The notes below the pieces were generated by a model, which saw only the letters and a list, made by a program, of their open reading frames with translations, did no database searches and was not told the DNA's origin. Positions 54,650 through 64,000 of a DNA stretch of 64,000 bases are shown here, in pieces. Numbering within the stretch: position 1 is the stretch's first letter; each line of letters opens with the position of its first letter. The DNA is from Eledone cirrhosa (lineage: Eukaryota). The stretch spans positions 29,574,001-29,638,000 of the forward strand of contig OZ024749.1 in NCBI GenBank assembly GCA_964016885.1. The letters run 5' to 3'. A program made the position numbers and the translations under genes.

Positions 54650-55130
54650 AGTCCCGAGGTTCATCAGACCGGTGCTTATCCTCAGTTTTCGTGGCGTGAA
54701 GTGACTGGGAGTAAATGACTCACCCCTGGACAGGACGCCAGTCCATCGTAGTCTAAAGTCTGTCTCGAGTTAGGAGGTTCATTAGGTCGGTGCTTATCTC
54801 CAGTTTCCTGGGCGTTAAGTGACTCTGAGTACAAGACTCGTTCCTGGACAGGACGCCAGTCCATCGTAGTCTAAAGTCTGTCTCGAGTTAGGAGGTTCAT
54901 TAGGTCGGTGCTTATCTCCAGTTTCCTGGGCGTTAAGTGACTCTGAGTACAAGACTCGTTCCTGGACAGGATGCTGTAGTCTAAAGTCTGTCTCGAGTTA
55001 GGAGGTTCATTAGGTTGGTGCTTATCTCCAGTTTCCTGGGCGTTAAGTGAATCTGAGTACAAGACTCGTTCCTGGACAGGATGCTAGTCCATCGTAGTCT
55101 AAAGTCTGTCTCGAATCCGGAGGCTCACCA
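54650..55130 (-). repeat. Tandem ~110-118-bp repeats of the family T SINE 3' part
   Basis: gtctaaagtctgtctcga recurs at 54751, 54869, 54979 and 55097; similar to 7770-7980. Confidence 0.88.
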
Positions 55131-55375
55131 TGCTGGTACTTATCCTCGGTCTCCGTGGTGTGAAGCGACTGAGACTACATGACTCAACCCTGGACAGGAC
55201 GCCAGTCAATCGTAGGGTTAAACTCCCCAGCTACTGCTGGTATTTACTTTCAGCTGATTATACTGGAGCAACGAGAAATGAAGTGTTTTGTTCAAGAACA
55301 CAATACACAACCCAGTCCAGGAATCGAACCCACGACATTATCGAAAGTCCAACACTCTTACCACTAGGCCACACT
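55130..55375 (-). mobile_element. Family T SINE body, whose 5' head is expanded into the 44-bp array
   Basis: B box ggttcgattcc (55320-55331, minus) and core gtgttcttgaacaaaacacttcatttc; homologous to 7930-8160. Confidence 0.85.
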
Positions 55376-58300
55376 ACATTATGGTCCTAAGACCAACACC
55401 CTTACCACTAGGCCACACTACATTATGGTCCTAAGTCCAACACTCTTACCACTAGGCCACACTACATTATGGTCCTAAGACCAACACCCTTACCACTAGA
55501 CCACACTACATTATGGTCCTAAGACCAACACCCTTACCACTAGGCCACACTACATTATGGTCCTAAGTCCAACACCCTTACCACTAGGCCACACTACATT
55601 ATGGTCCTAAGTCCAACACCCTTACCACTAGACCACACTACATTATGATCCTAAGTCCAACACCCTTACCACTAGGCCACACTACATTATGGTCCTAAGT
55701 CCAACACCCTTACCACTAGGCTACACTACATTATGGTCCTAAGTCCAACACCCTTACCACTAGGCCACACTACATTATGGTCCTAAGACCAACACCCTTA
55801 CCACTAGGCCACACTACATTATGATCTCAAGTCCAACACCCTTACCACTAGGCCACACTACATTATGATCCTAAGTCCAACACCCTTACCACTAGGCCAC
55901 ACGACATTATGATCCTAAGTCCAACACCCTTACCACTAGGCCACACTACATTATGGTCCTAAGTCCAACACCCTTACCACTAGGCTACACTACATTATGG
56001 TCCTAAGACCAACACCCTTACCACTAGGCCACACGACATTATGGTCCTAAGACCAACACCCTTACCACTAGGCCACACTACATTATGGTCCTAAGTCCAA
56101 CACCCTTACCACTAGGCCACACGACATTATGATCTCAAGTCCAACACCCTTACCACTAGGCCACACGACATTATGATCTCAAGTCCAACACCCTTACCAC
56201 TAGGCTACACTACATTATGGTCCTAAGACCAACACCCTTACCACTAGGCCACACGACATTATGGTCCTAAGTCCAACACCCTTACCACTAGGCCACACGA
56301 CATTATGATCTCAAGTCCAACACCCTTACCACTAGGCCACACTACATTATGGTCCTAAGTCCAACACCCTTACCACTAGGCTACACTACATTATGGTCCT
56401 AAGACCAACACCCTTACCACTAGGCCACACGACATTATGGTCCTAAGTCCAACATCCTTACCACTAGGCTACACTACATTATGGTCCTAAGACCAACACC
56501 CTTACCACTAGGCCACACTACATTATGGTCCTAAGTCCAACACCCTTACCACTAGGCTACACTACATTATGGTCCTAAGACCAACACCCTTACCACTAGG
56601 CCACACGACATTATGGTCCTAAGTCCAACATCCTTACCACTAGGCCACACGACATTATGATCTCAAGTCCAACACCCTTACCACTAGGCCACACTACATT
56701 ATGGTCCTAAGTCCAACACCCTTACCACTAGGCTACACTACATTATGGTCCTAAGACCAACACCCTTACCACTAGGCCACACGACATTATGGTCCTAAGT
56801 CCAACATCCTTACCACTAGGCTACACTACATTATGGTCCTAAGACCAACACCCTTACCACTAGGCCACACGACATTATGATCTCAAGTCCAACACCCTTA
56901 CCACTAGGCCACACTACATTATGGTCCTAAGTCCAACATCCTTACCACTAGGCCACACTACATTATGGTCCTAAGTCCAACATCCTTACCACTAGGCCAC
57001 ACTACATTATGGTCCTAAGTCCAACATCCTTACCACTAGGCCACACGACATTATGATCTCAAGTCCAACACCCTTACCACTAGGCCACACTACATTATGG
57101 TCCTAAGTCCAACACCCTTACCACTAGGCTACACTACATTATGGTCCTAAGACCAACACCCTTACCACTAGGCCACACTACATTATGGTCCTAAGTCCAA
57201 CATCCTTACCACTAGGCCACACTACATTATGGTCCTAAGTCCAACATCCTTACCACTAGGCCACACTACATTATGGTCCTAAGTCCAACATCCTTACCAC
57301 TAGGCCACACGACATTATGATCTCAAGTCCAACACCCTTACCACTAGGCCACACTACATTATGATCTCAAGTCCAACACCCTTACCACTAGGCCACACGA
57401 CATTATGATCTCAAGTCCAACACCCTTACCACTAGGCCACACTACATTATGATCTCAAGTCCAACACCCTTACCACTAGGCCACACTACATTATGATCTC
57501 AAGTCCAACACCCTTACCACTAGGCCACACTACATTATGGTCCTAAGTCCAACACCCTTACCACTAGGCCACACTACATTATGGTCCTAAGTCCAACACC
57601 CTTACCACTAGACCACACTACATTATGGTCCTAAGTCCAACACCCTTACCACTAGACCACACGACATTATGGTCCTAAGTCCAACACCCTTACCACTAGA
57701 CCACACTACATTATGGTCCTAAGTCCAACACCCTTACCACTAGACCACACTACATTATGGTCCTAAGACCAACACCCTTACCACTAGGCCACACTACATT
57801 ATGGTCCTAAGACCAACACCCTTACCACTAGACCACACTACATTATGGTCCTAAGTCCAACACCCTTACCACTAGACCACACGACATTATGGTCCTAAGT
57901 CCAACACCCTTACCACTAGACCACACTACATTATGGTCCTAAGTCCAACACCCTTACCACTAGACCACACTACATTATGGTCCTAAGACCAACACCCTTA
58001 CCACTAGGCCACACGACATTATGGTCCTAAGTCCAACATCCTTACCACTAGGCCACACTACATTATGATCTCAAGTCCAACACCCTTACCACTAGACCAC
58101 ACTACATTATGGTCCTAAGTCCAACACCCTTACCACTAGGCCACACGACATTATGGTCCTAAGACCAACACCCTTACCACTAGGCCACACTACATTATGG
58201 TCCTAAGTCCAACACCCTTACCACTAGGCCACACGACATTATGATCTCAAGTCCAACACCCTTACCACTAGGCCACACGACATTATGATCTCAAGTCCAA

Positions 58301-61300
58301 CACCCTTACCACTAGGCTACACTACATTATGGTCCTAAGACCAACACCCTTACCACTAGGCCACACGACATTATGGTCCTAAGACTAACACCCTTACCAC
58401 TAGGCCACACTACATTATGGTCCTAAGACCAACACCCTTACCACTAGGCCACACGACATTATGATCTCAAGTCCAACACCCTTACCACTAGGCCACACTA
58501 CATTATGGTCCTAAGACCAACACCCTTACCACTAGGCCACACGACATTATGATCTCAAGTCCAACACCCTTACCACTAGGCCACACGACATTATGATCTC
58601 AAGTCCAACATCCTTACCACTAGGCTACACTACATTATGGTCCTAAGACCAACACCCTTACCACTAGGCCACACTACATTATGATCTCAAGTCCAACACC
58701 CTTACCACTAGGCCACACTACATTATGATCTCAAGTCCAACACCCTTACCACTAGGCCACACTACATTATGGTCCTAAGTCCAACACCCTTACCACTAGG
58801 CCACACTACATTATGGTCCTAAGTCCAACACCCTTACCACTAGACCACACTACATTATGGTCCTAAGTCCAACACCCTTACCACTAGACCACACGACATT
58901 ATGGTCCTAAGTCCAACACCCTTACCACTAGACCACACTACATTATGGTCCTAAGTCCAACACCCTTACCACTAGGCCACACGACATTATGGTCCTAAGT
59001 CCAACACCCTTACCACTAGGCCACACTACATTATGGTCCTAAGACCAACACCCTTACCACTAGGCCACACTACATTATGGTCCTAAGTCCAACACCCTTA
59101 CCACTAGGCCACACTACATTATGGTCCTAAGTCCAACACCCTTACCACTAGGCCACACTACATTATGGTCCTAAGTCCAACACCCTTACCACTAGGCTAC
59201 ACTACATTATGGTCCTAAGTCCAACACCCTTACCACTAGGCCACACTACATTATGGTCCTAAGTCCAACACCCTTACCACTAGACCACACTACATTATGG
59301 TCCTAAGTCCAGCACCCTTACCACTAGGCCACACTACATTATGGTCCTAAGACCAACACCCTTACCACTAGGCCACACGACATTATGGTCCTAAGTCCAA
59401 CATCCTTACCACTAGGCCACACTACATTATGGTCCTAAGTCCAACACCCTTACCACTAGGCCACACTACATTATGGTCCTAAGACCAACACCCTTACCAC
59501 TAGGCCACACGACATTATGGTCCTAAGACCAACACCCTTACCACTAGGCCACACTACATTATGGTCCTAAGACTAACACCCTTACCACTAGGCCACACTA
59601 CATTATGATCTCAAGTCCAACATCCTTACCACTAGGCTACACTACATTATGGTCCTAAGACCAACACCCTTACCACTAGGCCACACGACATTATGATCTC
59701 AAGTCCAACATCCTTACCACTAGGCTACACTACATTATGATCTCAAGTCCAACACCCTTACCACTAGGCCACACTACATTATGATCTCAAGTCCAACACC
59801 CTTACCACTAGGCTACACTACATTATGATCTCAAGACCAACACCCTTACCACTAGGCCACACTACATTATGGTCCTAAGTCCAACACCCTTACCACTAGG
59901 CCACACGACATTATGATCTCAAGTCCAACACCCTTACCACTAGGCCACACTACATTATGGTCCTAAGTCCAACACCCTTACCACTAGGCCACACGACATT
60001 ATGATCCTAAGTCCAACACCCTTACCACTAGGCCACACGACATTATGATCTTAAGTCCAACACCCTTACCACTAGGCCACACTACATTATGGTCCTAAGA
60101 CCAACACCCTTACCACTAGGCCACACGACATTATGGTCCTAAGACCAACACCCTTACCACTAGGCCACACGACATTATGGTCCTAAGACCAACACCCTTA
60201 CCACTAGGCCACACGACATTATGATCTCAAGTCCAACACCCTTACCACTAGGCCACACGACATTATGATCTCAAGTCCAACACCCTTACCACTAGGCCAC
60301 ACGACATTATGATCTCAAGTCCAACACCCTTACCACTAGGCCACACTACATTATGATCTCAAGTCCAACACCCTTACCACTAGGCCACACTACATTATGG
60401 TCCTAAGTCCAACACCCTTACCACTAGGCCACACTACATTATGGTCCTAAGTCCAACACCCTTACCACTAGACCACACTACATTATGGTCCTAAGTCCAA
60501 CATCCTTACCACTAGGCTACACTACATTATGGTCCTAAGTCCAACACCCTTACCACTAGACCACACTACATTATGGTCCTAAGTCCAACACCCTTACCAC
60601 TAGACCACACTACATTATGGTCCTAAGTCCAACACCCTTACCACTAGACCACACTACATTATGGTCCTAAGTCCAACACCCTTACCACTAGACCACACTA
60701 CATTATGGTCCTAAGTCCAGCACCCTTACCACTAGGCCACACTACATTATGGTCCTAAGACCAACACCCTTACCACTAGGCCACACTACATTATGGTCCT
60801 AAGACCAACACCCTTACCACTAGGCCACACGACATTATGGTCCTAAGTCCAACATCCTTACCACTAGGCCACACTACATTATGATCCTAAGTCCAACACC
60901 CTTACCACTAGGCCACACTACATTATGGTCCTAAGTCCAACACCCTTACCACTAGGCCACACTACATTATGATCCTAAGTCCAACACCCTTACCACTAGG
61001 CCACACGACATTATGGTCCTAAGTCCAACATCCTTACCACTAGGCCACACTACATTATGATCCTAAGTCCAACACCCTTACCACTAGGCCACACTACATT
61101 ATGATCCTAAGTCCAACACCCTTACCACTAGGCCACACTACATTATGATCCTAAGTCCAACACCCTTACCACTAGGCCACACTACATTATGATCCTAAGT
61201 CCAACATCCTTACCACTAGGCCACACTACATTATGATCCTAAGTCCAACACCCTTACCACTAGGCCACACTACATTATGATCCTAAGTCCAACACCCTTA

Positions 61301-61576
61301 CCACTAGGCCACACTACATTATGATCCTAAGTCCAACATCCTTACCACTAGGCCACACTACATTATGGTCCTAAGACCAACACCCTTACCACTAGGCCAC
61401 ACGACATTATGATGGTAAGACCAGCGTCGTTACTACTAGGCCAAATAATATTATGATGGTAAGACCAGCGTCGTTACTACTAGGCCACATGATATTATGA
61501 TGGTAGTCCACCACCCTTACCACTAGGCCACATGATATTATGATGGTAAGACCAGCGTCCTTACTACTAGGCCACG
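55347..61576 (-). repeat. 44-bp satellite, ~140 units, derived from the tRNA-like SINE head
   Basis: Unit gtccaacacccttaccactaggccacactacattatggtcctaa; minus strand contains TGGCCTAGTGG (Pol III A box); degenerate units at 61410-61576. Confidence 0.97.
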
Positions 61577-62035
61577 GTCTCCCACTTGACATATGTTATA
61601 GCTGTTGTTAATAAAATTACTTCCTTCTCCATTTTTTTTTTATTGAGTTTTGAAAAAATATATATTCACATAAAAACTTCCATATTTTATATATTCCTAT
61701 GACATATTTAACTCCATATGGCATTAACAAAAAATACAGAAGATTTCTGAAAATTTTCACACTATTAACTTCAACTTGATAGTGAATATTTATATTTATA
61801 GATCTATATTAAGTTTTATTCCTTCGATCATTATCGGATCGATATAAGGTCGACGCCTGATCAATTATTTCTGAATGACTTCACAATCTCCCTTAGGCTT
61901 GATTCAAACTAGTTCGGTGTGTTATATATATATGATATATGTTGTAAACAGTTTAAAGTTGGGGTTAATAGTCCGTAAGGTTTTTGATCTTTTTTACTGC
62001 ATTTCGGTTGACGTCGCATAAAGATGGTAAACATT

Positions 62036-62520
62036 CGTAGCTTACTGGTTAGTCGTCTTCAGCTTACGATCATAAATAAGGTCATAAGTTCCATTTTTCG
62101 GTGGTACATTATGTCCTTGAGCAAGACACTTGATTTCACATTTCGCCTGTCCTCTCAGCTGAAAAAAATGAGTTGCGACGACGTCATGTTCAGCTTACTG
62201 TCGTAAAGTCAGTTCTATTTTTCGGTGATACATTGTGGTCTTGAGCAAGACACTTGATTTCACATTTTTCCCGTCCTCTCAGTTGGAAAACCAAATGAGT
62301 TGAGATGACACTGGTACTTAGTTGCATCGATATTTCGTCTTTTGTTTTGGATAACATCGGTGGTGAGGAAGAGTGGAGATTGGTATGTATGACAGACCGT
62401 TGGTCATCCACAAACCACATCCGTGATCAGACATGTGCTTCGGAGAAGCAAACCCACGGCAGTCACCACCTTCCTCTTCATAAGAAGAGGAAGGGCAGAT
62501 AAATAGTGTCACATGAACAA
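62036..62520 (+). mobile_element. Degenerate tRNA-derived SINE with duplicated core
   Basis: cttgagcaagacacttgatttcacattt occurs at about 62116 and 62240, preceded by a degenerate head. Confidence 0.7.
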
Positions 62521-62979
62521 GAAAAAATAGGATGGTTAAATGGGACTTCTAAAAAACCTCATATGAAAGCAAAATAAAATGTGAAAATATTTTCCTTCTT
62601 CTCTTAAAAAAAGGAAAAGAAATAAATTTTGTTCCTGTTTACCAGAGGATTTATTATAAAATTGTTGCTTTGCTCCAGTTTAAAAGCGTTCGAATGTGAA
62701 TTGACGATAAAACATTTTATTGATTCAATATTTCATATTCAATTGAATATGTATCTTTTCAAACGGGAAGATAAAATAAAGAAAATAAAGAGAGGGTGGG
62801 GTAAGAAAATAAAACAAAACAACAGAAAAATAAATATATAAAAATGAATATATATTTACAAATGGGAAATGAAAATAATGAAAAAAAGATGAGGTGGGGG
62901 AGGGGTAAAGGAAGTAAAAAAAAACCCAATCCCCAAAATATAAAAAGGAATCGAGAAGGAGAAATGGGGGGGGGGGGAG

Positions 62980-63022
<43 letters not shown>

Positions 63023-63451
63023 TGTATAATGTTTACCGGACGGTGTATTTTAACTGCTCTGCAAGACAAGATTGGGGGAAGAATTGCAGCCTGCGATACC
63101 CGCTGCATCAGTCTTTCCAACTCATGGGGATTTCTTTCTCATGCATGATTCCTTAGTCCCCAATTTGGCGGAAGTAAAACGGCTGTCCGAGGGACCTAAG
63201 GGGAATCGAGAGAGTTTAGAAGGCAACCGGCACAAAAAAGGAAACGCCAAATCAATGTCTAGAATATTTAGCTAACTGCCGATCCCCTGTACTACAGATG
63301 GCGGTGGCACCTGGGTTTATGGCTGAAGGGATGAGGTTGACACCCGAGAATGGTGGCACAATATCTGGTGATACAGATTAGTTAAACGAACCCCCAAAAG
63401 AGATAATTTATTGAGTTGCTGTTTTGCCCCAGTATAAAAATCATTTATATG

Positions 63452-63559
63452 TCATCATCATCGTCATCACCATCATCATCGTCATCATAATTGTCATCAT
63501 CATCATCGTCATCATAATTGTCATCATCATCATCATCATCATCATCGTCATCATAATTG

Positions 63560-63591
<32 letters not shown>

Positions 63592-63629
63592 GCCATCATC
63601 GCCATCATCGTCATTACCATCGTCATAAG

Positions 63630-63676
<47 letters not shown>

Positions 63677-63762
63677 CCATCACCATCATCACCATCTTCA
63701 TCATCGTCTTCACCATTATCATCACCATCATCACGATCGTCATCATCATCATCATCATCATT
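63452..63762. repeat. Long imperfect (CAT)n microsatellite
   Basis: Direct reading. Confidence 0.95.
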
Positions 63763-63867
63763 ATCCACATCTCTCCACACGCTCTAACTACAGATTGAGG
63801 AACACTTCGTAATTATGGCAGCAGCAAATATGAGATTAAAACAAGTTTCTCCACACATCTTCCACAG

Positions 63868-63916
<49 letters not shown>

Positions 63917-64000
63917 CTATATATCTATATTGTTATGCTTTGGGAGGGTCATGTTGCCAATAAGAAACACACGCACCAGTTGCTTTCACTCCAATTTATT

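Noticed and set aside
55347-61576. Tandem tRNA gene cluster
   Set aside because: The 44-bp unit covers only a tRNA-like 5' half, with no T-arm/B box or acceptor 3' strand.

Overview
This is AT-rich, microsatellite-saturated, non-genic animal DNA; the SINE/LINE sequences look cephalopod (Octopus-like), which is my recollection, not a search result. I see no credible host protein-coding gene, and nearly all listed ORFs are microsatellite or satellite artefacts. Positions 1-19445 recur at 25896-45730 with a 200-N gap and a 50-bp satellite between them, so they are probably two haplotypes (false duplication) or a recent tandem duplication. Comparing the two copies exposes presence/absence insertions. 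The main signal is a set of short, sequence-unrelated elements (about 150-700 bp) sitting inside (TA)n tracts. Many carry type I hammerhead ribozymes (stem I-CUGANGA-stem II-GAAA-stem III-UH-stem I), fold back on themselves at or near the ribozyme, share a downstream TTGAG(T/C)A-like motif, and differ between the two copies. This fits Penelope-like element (PLE) termini or retrozyme-like mini-elements, and a decayed PLE ORF fragment is present. Four tandem arrays (50, 44, 91 and about 118 bp) are each built from a piece of a retroposon: LINE/SINE 3' tail hairpin, tRNA-SINE A-box head, RTE ORF2 C-terminus, and SINE 3' part. All structure calls were made by eye.
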